Shown: in pieces, positions 1 to 8,944 of the stretch | How positions within the stretch are numbered: position 1 is the stretch's first letter | Layout: each line of letters begins with the position of its first letter | From: an uncultured Thiotrichales bacterium | GTDB taxonomy: Bacteria; Pseudomonadota; Gammaproteobacteria; GCA-2400775 | DNA length: 64,000 nt | Direction: 5' to 3' | Assembly: GCA_964617475.1 (NCBI GenBank) | Contig: CAZTYM010000004.1 | Location: 2,132-66,131, forward strand | Notes under the pieces: model-generated | The model's database searches: none | Told to the model about the DNA's origin: nothing | The model's input: the letters and a program-made list of their open reading frames with translations, nothing else | Program-made: the position numbers and the translations under genes

Positions 1-2
1 CG

Positions 3-779
3 CTGATACACGCTGAATTTGCCAAACAAACCTGCGAAAAAATTGACTACACAGCAATACAAGTCGATATTGGTGGATTCGAACAGGCAGTAGGTAACTT
101 TCATGCTAATGGCGGCGCTGGCCTAAATGTCACTGTGCCATTTAAGCAAGATGCATTCGCTTACGCGACGCAACATAGTGAACGAGCGAGCACCGCACAA
201 GCGGCGAATACCTTGGTGCTAAAAGGCCAGGAAGTATTCGCAGACAATACCGATGGTATTGGGCTAGTGCGTGATTTAACGACAAATAAAAACATTGTGT
301 TGACGCAAAAACGGCTACTTATTTTGGGTGCTGGCGGTGCAGTACAAGGTGTGCTGGGACCACTGTTTGAAGAGCAACCGACGAGCGTGACAATTGTAAA
401 CCGCACAGTAGATAAAGCTTTTGCTCTTAAAAAACGCTTTAGCCATTTTGGCGAAATTAAAGCTTGTAGCTATGAAGAGTTAGCACAACATCCATCATAT
501 GATGTGGTGATTAATGCCACGTCAGCCGGAATAGGCGGTGAGCTACCACCAATAAGAGCTAATATAGTGAGCAGTAACAGCGTGTGTTATGACATGTTTT
601 ATGCAGCACAAGATACTGCTTTTGTTGCATGGTCTAAGCAGCAAGGAGTTGCCGCAGCGTATGATGGATTGGGTATGTTGGTTGAACAAGCGGCAGAATC
701 TTTTTTTCTTTGGCGAAATAAAACACCCGATACTCAGCCTGTGATTGATTTTGTCCGACAGACGATTCGCGCAGCGTGA
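3..779 (+). CDS. aroE: Shikimate dehydrogenase, 5'-truncated by the window edge
   Basis: Frame is open from base 3 (LIHAEFAKQT...GLNVTVPFK). Motifs NTDGIG, GAGGA, NRT, NATS, YDMFY and DGLGMLVEQAA. Confidence 0.95.
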   Translation: MIHAEFAKQTCEKIDYTAIQVDIGGFEQAVGNFHANGGAGLNVTVPFKQDAFAYATQHSERASTAQAANTLVLKGQEVFADNTDGIGLVRDLTTNKNIVLTQKRLLILGAGGAVQGVLGPLFEEQPTSVTIVNRTVDKAFALKKRFSHFGEIKACSYEELAQHPSYDVVINATSAGIGGELPPIRANIVSSNSVCYDMFYAAQDTAFVAWSKQQGVAAAYDGLGMLVEQAAESFFLWRNKTPDTQPVIDFVRQTIRAA

Positions 780-1549
780 CCGAAGCTGTCATTGCCGTTA
801 AGCAACTCAGCAAGGTCTACGGCGATGTTACCGCTGTTGATCGGCTGAGTTTCGAAGTGGAACGTGGCAGTATCACCGCCTTATTAGGTGGTAACGGTGC
901 TGGCAAAACCACTACCTTGTCTATGCTGCTAGGCCTACTGTTACCTACTAATGGCACAATTTATCTTTTCGGCGTTGATATTGCCGAGGATAGGTATCAA
1001 GTATTACACCGACTCAACTTTTCTTCGCCCTATGTTGATTTACCACAACGCCTCACTGTCACTGAAAACCTACTTGTGTATGCGCGTCTGTATGGTGTAA
1101 GAAATCAGCAGGCACGTATTGATGAATTGCTTGATGCTTTAGACCTTAAAGCCATGCGCAAACGCCGCTACGGTACATTATCTGCCGGCCAAAAAACGCG
1201 CGTCGCGGTTGCCAAAGCCTTATTGAATAAGCCAGAACTATTATTGCTTGATGAACCTACCGCGTCGTTAGATCCAGATAGTGCTGATCGTATTCGCCAG
1301 TATTTAGTTGACTACAAAAACAAAACTAACGCGACTATATTAATGGCCTCGCATAATATGGCTGAGGTAGAACAATTATGTGATCAGGTCATGATGTTGT
1401 ATCGCGGTAATATTGTAGCCAATGGTGCACCTAGCGAATTGATCGATCGTTTTCAGCGCTATTCAATGGAAGAAGTGTTTATTGATATTACTCGCGAGAC
1501 CTCACGTTTTACTCGTACCGGCGAAGAGGTTGATAGCATTGAAAGCTGA
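776..1549 (+). CDS. ABC-2 type exporter ATP-binding subunit
   Basis: Walker A GGNGAGKTT, signature LSAGQ, Walker B LLLLDEPT, H-loop SH. GTGA overlap with aroE. Confidence 0.9.
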   Translation: MTEAVIAVKQLSKVYGDVTAVDRLSFEVERGSITALLGGNGAGKTTTLSMLLGLLLPTNGTIYLFGVDIAEDRYQVLHRLNFSSPYVDLPQRLTVTENLLVYARLYGVRNQQARIDELLDALDLKAMRKRRYGTLSAGQKTRVAVAKALLNKPELLLLDEPTASLDPDSADRIRQYLVDYKNKTNATILMASHNMAEVEQLCDQVMMLYRGNIVANGAPSELIDRFQRYSMEEVFIDITRETSRFTRTGEEVDSIES

Positions 1550-2363
1550 GTATGCTTCTTCTTATGACGACAGTTCTGCTCGGCGTATCTATGCTATGTG
1601 TTTGCGTTATTTGTATCTGTTGCGTAGTTCCTGGCCGCGCATTATTGAATTGGCATATTGGCCGACGGTACAAATGATTTTATGGGGCTTAATTAGCCAG
1701 TTTTTTGTTGAAAACAGTAGCTGGTTAGCGCAGGCAGCAGGCGTATTAATTGGCGCGGTATTGTTATGGGATGTGGTGTTTCGTGGCCAACTCGGTGTCT
1801 CACTGGTATTTTTTGAAGAGTTGCACGCGCGTAACTTAGCACATTTGTTTGTTAGTCCATTACGGCCATTAGAATTAATAGGATCTTTGTTACTGATTAG
1901 TTTTATTAGAACATCTATAGGTGTTGGCGTGGCGGCCTTGCTGGCAATACCTATGTATCACTTTTCAATCTTCGAACTTGGCTTGCCCTTAATCGCCTTT
2001 TTTATGAACCTGCTTGTTATGGGTTGGGCAATGGGATTAATTGTTGCGGCCTTGGTGTTACGTTTTGGTGTCGGTGCGGAAAGCCTAGCTTGGGTAGTAG
2101 TGTTTGCTATTGCGCCTTTAAGCGGCATTTTTTATCCAATAGAGATACTACCGCAGTGGGCACAGTACTTAGCCTGGTTACTACCGGCAAGTCACGTGTT
2201 TGAGGGGTTGCGTGCGGTGATGTTTGATGGCCAGTTTCCTTTGTCATTGTTCTATACTGCCACATTGTTAAACTGTGTTTATCTGCTGGGTTCAATTGCG
2301 GTTTTTCTTTCTGTATTTGCGCTAGCGCGAAGATATGGTTTGCTAATGCGCATAGGAGAGTAA
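1539..2363 (+). CDS. ABC-2 type exporter permease
   Basis: About six hydrophobic helices and the FYPIEILPQWAQ motif. TTG start at 1539 follows GAGG, so it is preferred over 1482. Confidence 0.85.
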   Translation: MKAEYASSYDDSSARRIYAMCLRYLYLLRSSWPRIIELAYWPTVQMILWGLISQFFVENSSWLAQAAGVLIGAVLLWDVVFRGQLGVSLVFFEELHARNLAHLFVSPLRPLELIGSLLLISFIRTSIGVGVAALLAIPMYHFSIFELGLPLIAFFMNLLVMGWAMGLIVAALVLRFGVGAESLAWVVVFAIAPLSGIFYPIEILPQWAQYLAWLLPASHVFEGLRAVMFDGQFPLSLFYTATLLNCVYLLGSIAVFLSVFALARRYGLLMRIGE

Positions 2364-2365
2364 GC

Positions 2366-3256
2366 GTGGCGCAAGACTTTGTTCGTCGTTTTATGTTTGA
2401 AAAGCTAGCGGTGCGCGGCGAGATAGTGCGTTTAGAGCATAGCTATCAGTCAGTTCTTGAACGTCATCCTTATCCACCTGTTTTGGCTGCCTTATTGGGT
2501 ACTGCTATGGCAGCAGTAAGTTTGTTGGGAACCACAATTAAGTATCAGGGTAAGCTGATATTGCAAATACAAGGCAAGGGGCCCGCCAATTTATTGGTTG
2601 TAGAATATGATAGCGAAGGTCATATTCGTGGTCTTGTAGATTGGCAACAGCAGCAGCTTTTAGATTCAGACATTCGATCTTTATTTAGCCAAGGTCATAT
2701 GGCAATTACCGTTGTTCCTACTGGATCAGATAGCGCGCAAGATAAAGCCAACCGTTATCAAGGGATAGTAGAACTGGATGATGCAAGTTTGGCAGGATGT
2801 TTAGAGCATTACTTTAGACAGTCTGAACAATTGGCGACGAGTTTGTATTTGGTTGCAGACGAAAATAAAGTTGCCGGTTTTATGCTTCAGCAAATGCCAT
2901 CTTCACCTTTAAACGATGATGATTGGCAAAGACTTAAGTTGCTTACCGAAACCTTAAGTGATGAAGAATTGTTCAATCTAGACGTTGAGCAGCTATTGCA
3001 TCGTTTGTATGGTGAGGATGATATTCGTCTATTTGAAAGCGAGCCAGTTAATTTTCAGTGTACATGTTCGATTGAACGAATTGAAAATATGTTGCGAAGC
3101 CTGGGTAAAGCAGAAGTCGAAGATGTCTTACAAGAACAAGGTAAAATAGAAGTGGCTTGCGAATACTGTAACAAAAAATATCAGCTAGATGCGGTTGATG
3201 TCGCGCAATTGTTTACTGAGGTGGAGAGTGGGTATCACTCCACAACTCGTCATTGA
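2366..3256 (+). CDS. hslO: Hsp33 redox-regulated chaperone
   Basis: VRGEIV, YQGIV and YFRQSEQL motifs. C-terminal CTCS...CEYC zinc switch. Confidence 0.95.
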   Translation: MAQDFVRRFMFEKLAVRGEIVRLEHSYQSVLERHPYPPVLAALLGTAMAAVSLLGTTIKYQGKLILQIQGKGPANLLVVEYDSEGHIRGLVDWQQQQLLDSDIRSLFSQGHMAITVVPTGSDSAQDKANRYQGIVELDDASLAGCLEHYFRQSEQLATSLYLVADENKVAGFMLQQMPSSPLNDDDWQRLKLLTETLSDEELFNLDVEQLLHRLYGEDDIRLFESEPVNFQCTCSIERIENMLRSLGKAEVEDVLQEQGKIEVACEYCNKKYQLDAVDVAQLFTEVESGYHSTTRH

Positions 3257-3305
3257 TATAGTGGATCTATCAGGCTGATTGTTTCAGCCTATGCAACATG
3301 GCTGT

Positions 3306-3371
3306 ATTAGTTTTCTTAATCCACTAAATAAGTAATTACAATTTCTGTAATCAGGTCTAAACCTCAATAAT
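3306..3371 (+). promoter_or_regulatory. OxyR/LysR-type 37-bp box plus -10 hexamer upstream of secreted repeat protein 1
   Basis: ATTA-N7-TAAT-N7-ATAA-N7-CAAT (3306-3342), then AATAAT (3366-3371). Same geometry as the boxes at 4841-4877 and 5370-5406. Confidence 0.6.
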
Positions 3372-3422
3372 AGATAGCAACAAACATTTACTTATCTCGC
3401 AGAAATATGCCGAGGAGTTGCT

Positions 3423-3818
3423 ATGAAAAACTTGAAGTTAACCGCCACAGCAGCTGCGCTAGTCTCAGCTTTAATATTATCACTTGGTATCGCTCACGCA
3501 GATAACCTAGGTCGTTTAAATGGCTATGCAAAAGTACCAGGTAGTAATAAAACTGCCTTGCCAGTCTCTAATGCGATAGTGGTTGATAAAAGTAGCAAAA
3601 GCACCAGTCATGGTCGTTTAAGCGGTTATGCTGAAAATTCATATGATGCCGCGAGCCAGCTAGAAACGATTCCCGTATTAGCAGGTATGCATGACATAAA
3701 GCCGGTTAAAGAGAGCATTGGTTATGGTCGTTTAGACGCTTACAGCGATCATCAATCAGATGAAAGCGCTACTTATTTTCAAATCTTAGATTCGACCAAT
3801 ACGGCAGTTTGGTACTAA
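3423..3818 (+). CDS. Small secreted protein with three GRLx[GA]Y motifs (paralog 1), function unknown
   Basis: GAGGAG SD, Sec signal ending IAHA, motifs GRLNGY, GRLSGY and GRLDAY. Confidence 0.85.
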   Translation: MKNLKLTATAAALVSALILSLGIAHADNLGRLNGYAKVPGSNKTALPVSNAIVVDKSSKSTSHGRLSGYAENSYDAASQLETIPVLAGMHDIKPVKESIGYGRLDAYSDHQSDESATYFQILDSTNTAVWY

Positions 3819-4351
3819 TAATTTTTACCTAGGTAGTCATTTTTCAGCTCAATATAATGTTGGGCTGAAAACTCCAAGTAGTCTAGTTCCACTTGTTTTA
3901 ACGGCCGTGCTTGTTTTGCTGGCGCACCTACATAAAGAAAACCACTTTCCAAAACTTTACCTGGTGACACTACACTGCCTGCTGCAACCATACAGCGTGA
4001 ATGAATAATGGCACCGTCTAAAACGGTCGCGTTCATTCCAATTAAACAAAACTCTTCTATCGTACAAGCATGTAAAACCGCGCTATGACCTATGGTGACA
4101 TTTTCGCCTATTAACAGTGGTTTACCGCCAGGGACAAATTGGCTATCGCAAGTAACATGTAGCACCGCACCATCTTGAACATTGGTTCCAGCACCAATAG
4201 TTATTGAATTAACATCTCCGCGAGCTACCGCCATTGGCCAAAACGAAACATCTGCACCTATGTTGACATCACCAATTATGCAGGCTGCTTCATCAATATA
4301 AGCAGTATTATCAATGCGAGGTAAAGAAGTTTTATAAGGGCGTATATTCAT
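3815..4351 (-). CDS. yrdA: Gamma-class carbonic anhydrase family protein (YrdA-like)
   Basis: Hexapeptide repeats. RGDVN, NVQDG.VLH and TIGH..VLHAC metal-binding histidines. Confidence 0.9.
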   Translation of the reverse strand: MNIRPYKTSLPRIDNTAYIDEAACIIGDVNIGADVSFWPMAVARGDVNSITIGAGTNVQDGAVLHVTCDSQFVPGGKPLLIGENVTIGHSAVLHACTIEEFCLIGMNATVLDGAIIHSRCMVAAGSVVSPGKVLESGFLYVGAPAKQARPLKQVELDYLEFSAQHYIELKNDYLGKNY

Positions 4352-4372
4352 TAATTAATTATATCAGGCAAT

Positions 4373-4404
4373 AAAAAAGGTGGCAGTGTTAACACTACCA
4401 CCTT
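4373..4404 (-). terminator. Rho-independent terminator of repeat protein 2
   Basis: Hairpin AAGGTGGCAGTGTT/AACACTACCACCTT next to A6 on the plus strand (a U-tract on the minus strand), 20 bp after the stop. Confidence 0.8.
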
Positions 4405-4424
4405 GGTTTGGTTTAGTAAGACAA

Positions 4425-4778
4425 TTAACGAGTTGCGATAGTAGTTTCGTTATCGACTACTTCAGGCGTACCGTAACCGCCTAAACGGCCATATTGACCA
4501 ATATTCGCATAAACACCGCTGCTTACATTATGCTCTTTGTTAATTTCGTTTCCGTAAGCAGCAATGCGACCAAACTGACCAGCATCGGCATACTGTCCTT
4601 TAGCAGCAGCTTCTACTGACCGGTTAAAGGGAACTGTATAGCCATGTAGTCGGCCGTTGTTGCTGCTAGCAACAGGAACAGTGGCACTATCGTTAGAATT
4701 ACCAAAGTCATGTGCTTGCACAAAAGCAGAAGAACTAGCACCAATCAATGCAGCAATTAAAGCAATATTTTTCATCAT
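4425..4778 (-). CDS. Small secreted protein with three GR[LI]x[GA]Y motifs (paralog 2), function unknown
   Basis: GGAG SD, signal peptide MKNIALIAALIGASSSAFVQA, motifs GRLHGY, GRIAAY and GRLGGY spaced 28 and 27 aa. Confidence 0.88.
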   Translation of the reverse strand: MMKNIALIAALIGASSSAFVQAHDFGNSNDSATVPVASSNNGRLHGYTVPFNRSVEAAAKGQYADAGQFGRIAAYGNEINKEHNVSSGVYANIGQYGRLGGYGTPEVVDNETTIATR

Positions 4779-4840
4779 ATATCTCCAATAATTAAAATCA
4801 TTACGTTATTAATTATTGGGCTGATCAATGAAAAACAGAA

Positions 4841-4877
4841 ATTGATTATATTTAATAGTGTATTAGTGAAAGGCTAT
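4841..4877 (-). promoter_or_regulatory. OxyR/LysR-type 37-bp box upstream of repeat protein 2
   Basis: Minus strand reads ATAG-cctttca-CTAA-tacacta-TTAA-atataat-CAAT. AATAAT follows 23 bp later. Confidence 0.65.
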
Positions 4878-4924
4878 TGATGGTTTGATTGTTGTAGAAA
4901 TAATAATTTAAAAAAGACGGATAT

Positions 4925-4958
4925 AAAAAAAGCAGTGAAGCATATGCTCCACTGCTTT
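4925..4958 (-). terminator. Rho-independent terminator of repeat protein 3
   Basis: Hairpin AAAGCAGTGaAGCAT/ATGCTcCACTGCTTT with a plus-strand A-run (U-tract on minus), just after the stop at 4975. Confidence 0.8.
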
Positions 4959-4974
4959 ATGGGTTGCCGTTCAA

Positions 4975-5298
4975 TTAACGAGCAGCAACTTTAGTGTCAT
5001 CAGCAGCATCAGTGATAAGTGAGGGGCTATTGCCGTAACCACTTAAACGACCGAACTCACCTACGTTAGCGTATATGCCTTTGCTAACTTCGAACTCTTC
5101 GTTGATAGCATTACCGTAACCGCTAAGGCGACCAAATTGAGCAACATCTGCGAGCTGACCTTTGTTTTCAACAACGTCTGCTTGTTGAAATGGCACGGTG
5201 TAACCATGAAGACGACCATGGCTATCAATGCTTTCAGCTTGAACAAAAGCGGAAGAGCTAGCGCCAATCAATGCCGCAATTAAAGCAATATTTTTCAT
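4975..5298 (-). CDS. Small secreted protein with three GRLxGY motifs (paralog 3), function unknown
   Basis: AGGAG SD, signal peptide identical to paralog 2, motifs GRLHGY, GRLSGY and GRLSGY spaced 28 and 27 aa. Confidence 0.88.
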   Translation of the reverse strand: MKNIALIAALIGASSSAFVQAESIDSHGRLHGYTVPFQQADVVENKGQLADVAQFGRLSGYGNAINEEFEVSKGIYANVGEFGRLSGYGNSPSLITDAADDTKVAAR

Positions 5299-5369
5299 AA
5301 CATATCTCCTAAAAACTAAATTAAAAACTTTACGGTTTTGATTATGGAGACGATGTCTTGATTAGTAAA

Positions 5370-5406
5370 ATTGATTATTTTTAATATCGCTTTAGTTTGT
5401 TTCTAT
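5370..5406 (-). promoter_or_regulatory. OxyR/LysR-type 37-bp box upstream of repeat protein 3
   Basis: Minus strand reads ATAG-aaacaaa-CTAA-agcgata-TTAA-aaataat-CAAT. CATAAT follows 23 bp later. Confidence 0.65.
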
Positions 5407-5461
5407 AGGGCTCTAATTAAAGTTATCTATTGTATTAATAGTCAATCTCAATGGGCTTTTG

Positions 5462-6808
5462 TTAGCGTAACGTCACGACTTCTTCTGCTGTTGTGGGATG
5501 TATCGCTACCGTATTATCGAAGTCTGCTTTTGTCGCTCCCATTTTAATGGCTACAGCAAAGCCCTGTAATAATTCATCCGAACCTTCGCCTATTGCGTGC
5601 AGGCCGACGACTTTTTCTTCATCACCTACAACTACTAATTTAATTGTGCATTTGGGTTTGTGTTCGGTAATACCATTACGTAATGGGGTAAATGTAGAAG
5701 TATAGGTTTTTACATCATCAACAAATTGTTCACGTGCTTGTGCTTCGGTTAAGCCCACGGTACCAATAGGCGGATGACTGAAGATAACAGTGGGTACAGT
5801 GTTGTAATCCAATTTGGCTCCGCTTTGACTGTTAAACAAACGATCAGCAAGTCTGCGGCCAGCAGCAATAGCAACAGGTGTTAAGGCGATACGCCCGGTC
5901 ACGTCACCGACGGCATAAATATTATCGGCATCTGCATTTTGATATTCGTCTGTTTCAATAAAGCCGCGCTGGTTTGTGCTAAGCCCAGCTTTTTCTAATG
6001 CTAGCTTATCAGTAGCCGGACTGCGGCCAATTGCCCAAATTACCTGGTCTAAACTACCCAGCGTTCTGCCATCTTCTAAATATAGGTTTAATCCTTGATC
6101 AGATTGTTCTAATTTTTTCGGTGTCGCCTGAGTGACCAATTCTATACCTTGATCGTCTATCGCTTTTACTAAAGCTTCACCAATGGTGTGATCAAAATTA
6201 CGAAGAGGCGCATTACGGCGCACGAGTAGTTGTACTTTGCTGCCGAGGCCTTGCAGTACGCCAGCAAGTTCAACAGCGATATAACCTGCGCCAACCACGG
6301 CAACATTTTTTGGTTGAGTTTTCAGTTCAAAAAAACCGTCGGACGTAATACCTAGCTCGGCACCTTCAATATTCGGTACGGTAGGGTAGCCGCCGGTAGC
6401 AATTAAAATATGTTCGGCTTGATAGTGATGATCGCCGACAACAACGGTATGTGCGTCTACAAACCGGGCCATGCCTTGTATAATTTCAACCTTATTATTG
6501 CCGAGGTTGGTTTCGTAAATGCCATTAAGTCTGTGTATATAGGCCTCGCGGTGTGCAACGAGTTTTGCCCAGTCAAAATCAACGGTTTGGTGAGAAAAAC
6601 CGTAATCGCCAATATCATGAAAACTCTCTGCATAATTGGCTGCATACCACATGATTTTTTTTGGCACGCAGCCGCGATTAACGCAGGTGCCACCGAGGCG
6701 ATTGTTTTCAATAACTGCCACTTTTGCACCGTAAGATGCAGCACGATTCGCCGATGCTATGCCACCGCTACCACCGCCGATTACCAAATAGTCATATTGA
6801 TTACTCAA
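5462..6808 (-). CDS. gor: Glutathione-disulfide reductase
   Basis: GGGSGG FAD motif, [13 protein letters not shown] redox disulfide, GAGYIAVE, C-terminal IHPT..EE. Confidence 0.97.
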   Translation of the reverse strand: MSNQYDYLVIGGGSGGIASANRAASYGAKVAVIENNRLGGTCVNRGCVPKKIMWYAANYAESFHDIGDYGFSHQTVDFDWAKLVAHREAYIHRLNGIYETNLGNNKVEIIQGMARFVDAHTVVVGDHHYQAEHILIATGGYPTVPNIEGAELGITSDGFFELKTQPKNVAVVGAGYIAVELAGVLQGLGSKVQLLVRRNAPLRNFDHTIGEALVKAIDDQGIELVTQATPKKLEQSDQGLNLYLEDGRTLGSLDQVIWAIGRSPATDKLALEKAGLSTNQRGFIETDEYQNADADNIYAVGDVTGRIALTPVAIAAGRRLADRLFNSQSGAKLDYNTVPTVIFSHPPIGTVGLTEAQAREQFVDDVKTYTSTFTPLRNGITEHKPKCTIKLVVVGDEEKVVGLHAIGEGSDELLQGFAVAIKMGATKADFDNTVAIHPTTAEEVVTLR

Positions 6809-6829
6809 AGTTTTTCCCTATCTAAATAA

Positions 6830-6854
6830 TTGAAAAGTATGATTTTAGCCATAT
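6830..6854 (+). promoter_or_regulatory. Possible sigma32 promoter for prlC
   Basis: TTGAAA...agCCATAT upstream of prlC. prlC is sigma32-controlled in E. coli. The match is imperfect. Confidence 0.3.
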
Positions 6855-6904
6855 GCTACGATAAGTTATTATCAAGTTTATGACATTATCCGGTATCAGT
6901 CGCT

Positions 6905-8944
6905 ATGAATAACCCTTTACTTACAGAGCAACACCTGCCCCGTTTTGCGGACATTAAGCCAGAACATATTGAGCCCGCTATAGATCAGCTTCTGGCCGAG
7001 CAAAGACAGCAGATCGACGACTTGTTAAATCGTAAGCAGTCGCCAAGTTTTGACAACTTTGTGCTGGTGATGGACGCCATGTCAGAACGATTAAGCCGTA
7101 TTTGGTCACCAGTTAGCCACATTAATTCCGTGCTCAATAGTAAGGAAATGCGCGAGGCTTATAATAATTGTCTGCCCAAGATCAGCAAGTTTTCCACCGA
7201 GCTAGGTCAGAATGAGAAGCTGTATCAGGCTTATAAAACTGTTGCTGAGAGCGACGAATATCAGCAGCTTGATACTGCAGCGCGCAAGATGGTGGATAAT
7301 GCTTTGCGTGATTTCCGTTTATCTGGTGTTGCCTTAGAGGCAGATAAAAAAGAACGTTACAAAGAAATCAAAGCGGAATTATCACGCTTAGCATCCAAGT
7401 TTGAAGAAAATGTCCTCGACGCTACCGGAGCGTGGAAAAAAGGCATTACCAATGAAAACGAGCTGCGTGGCTTACCGGACAGCGCTAAAAGCTTAGCCAA
7501 ACAAGCTGGTGAGCAGGCGGGTATGGAAGGTTGGCAATTGAGCTTAGAAATGCCGTCTTATTTTGCCGTCATGACGTATGCTGATGACAGAGCTTTACGC
7601 CGCGAAGTCTACGAAGCCTATACCACGCGTGCTTCTGAGCTCGGGCCACATGCGCGTCATTGGGATAATAAAAGTAATATGAATCAGCTGCTGGCTTTGC
7701 GTCATGAACAAGCTCAGATACTGGGTTTTGACAATTATGCTGAATATTCTCTTGCTACTAAAATGGCTGAAACGCCGGAAGAAGTGGTTGGCTTCTTAAA
7801 AGACCTCGCACAACGTTCTAAATCAGTGGCGGAAACCGAATTCGCTGAGTTAGCCGAATTCGCCAAAGAGCGTGATAATATCCATGACCTATCCGCTTGG
7901 GATGTCATGTACTACAGCGAGAAACTACGCCAAGCGCGTTATGATATTTCACAAGAAGAACTTAAACCGTATTTCCCAGTGCCTAAAGTGCTATCAGGGA
8001 TGTTCGCCGTGGTTGAGCGTTTATATGGTTTGCGTATCGAAGAAAAAGCTGGTGTTGCTATCTGGCATGATGATGTGCGCTTTTTTGAAATACGTGATGA
8101 GCAAGACGACGTCCGCGGTGAGTTTTATCTCGATCTTTATGCGCGAGCACATAAACGTGGTGGTGCCTGGATGGATGAGTGTGTCACACGCCAGCGTCAT
8201 AATGAGGGCGTTGATACGCCGGTAGCTTACCTAACCTGTAATTTTACTCCCCCTATTGGCAGTGATCCTTCGTTGTTAACGCATACAGAAGTAATTACTT
8301 TGTTCCACGAATTTGGCCATGGTTTGCATCATATGCTGACAAAAGTAGAGTATTCCGGTGTGGCGGGTATTCGCGGTGTTGCTTGGGATGCAGTCGAACT
8401 ACCTAGTCAATTTATGGAAAACTGGTGTTGGCAGCGCGAAGCCTTGGATTTAATTTCCGGTCATTATCAAACTGGCGAATCAATACCGGATGAGTTGTAT
8501 AACAAACTCAATGCCAGCAAGAATTTTCTATCTGGTATGCATATGGTCAGACAATTAGAGTTCGCTTTATTTGATTTTCGTATTCATAGCGAATATTCAC
8601 CTGATGCAGGCCTAGATATTGAAAAGGTGTTATCAGAAGTGCGAGCCGAAGTCGCTGTTGTACCGACACCTTCGTTTAACCGCTTTGCGAATGGTTTTTC
8701 ACATATTTTTGCAGGGGGTTATTCAGCCGGTTATTACAGCTATAAATGGGCTGAAGTTTTATCGAGTGATGCTTTTTCTAAATTCGAAGAGAACGGCATC
8801 TTCGATCGTGTTACCGGCAAACAGTTTTTAACTTCTGTTTTAGAGCAAGGCGGATCACGCGAACCTATGGAATTGTTTGTAGAATTCCGGGGCCGTAAGC
8901 CTAGCATCGACGCCTTGTTACGTCATAGCGGGTTGGCAGCTTAA
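6905..8944 (+). CDS. prlC: Oligopeptidase A (M3 family)
   Basis: MNNPLL start, KRGGAWM, HEFGHGLHH zinc motif, VELPSQFMENW and GYYSYKWAEVL. Confidence 0.97.
   Translation: MNNPLLTEQHLPRFADIKPEHIEPAIDQLLAEQRQQIDDLLNRKQSPSFDNFVLVMDAMSERLSRIWSPVSHINSVLNSKEMREAYNNCLPKISKFSTELGQNEKLYQAYKTVAESDEYQQLDTAARKMVDNALRDFRLSGVALEADKKERYKEIKAELSRLASKFEENVLDATGAWKKGITNENELRGLPDSAKSLAKQAGEQAGMEGWQLSLEMPSYFAVMTYADDRALRREVYEAYTTRASELGPHARHWDNKSNMNQLLALRHEQAQILGFDNYAEYSLATKMAETPEEVVGFLKDLAQRSKSVAETEFAELAEFAKERDNIHDLSAWDVMYYSEKLRQARYDISQEELKPYFPVPKVLSGMFAVVERLYGLRIEEKAGVAIWHDDVRFFEIRDEQDDVRGEFYLDLYARAHKRGGAWMDECVTRQRHNEGVDTPVAYLTCNFTPPIGSDPSLLTHTEVITLFHEFGHGLHHMLTKVEYSGVAGIRGVAWDAVELPSQFMENWCWQREALDLISGHYQTGESIPDELYNKLNASKNFLSGMHMVRQLEFALFDFRIHSEYSPDAGLDIEKVLSEVRAEVAVVPTPSFNRFANGFSHIFAGGYSAGYYSYKWAEVLSSDAFSKFEENGIFDRVTGKQFLTSVLEQGGSREPMELFVEFRGRKPSIDALLRHSGLAA

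Noticed and set aside
3423-5298. Calling the repeat proteins sulfur-globule proteins, curlins/Fap amyloids or RiPP precursors
   Set aside because: They lack the Pro/Trp-rich GYG/PY composition of Sgp and the Q/N ladder of CsgA/FapC. No dedicated secretion or tailoring enzymes are adjacent. These remain hypotheses only.
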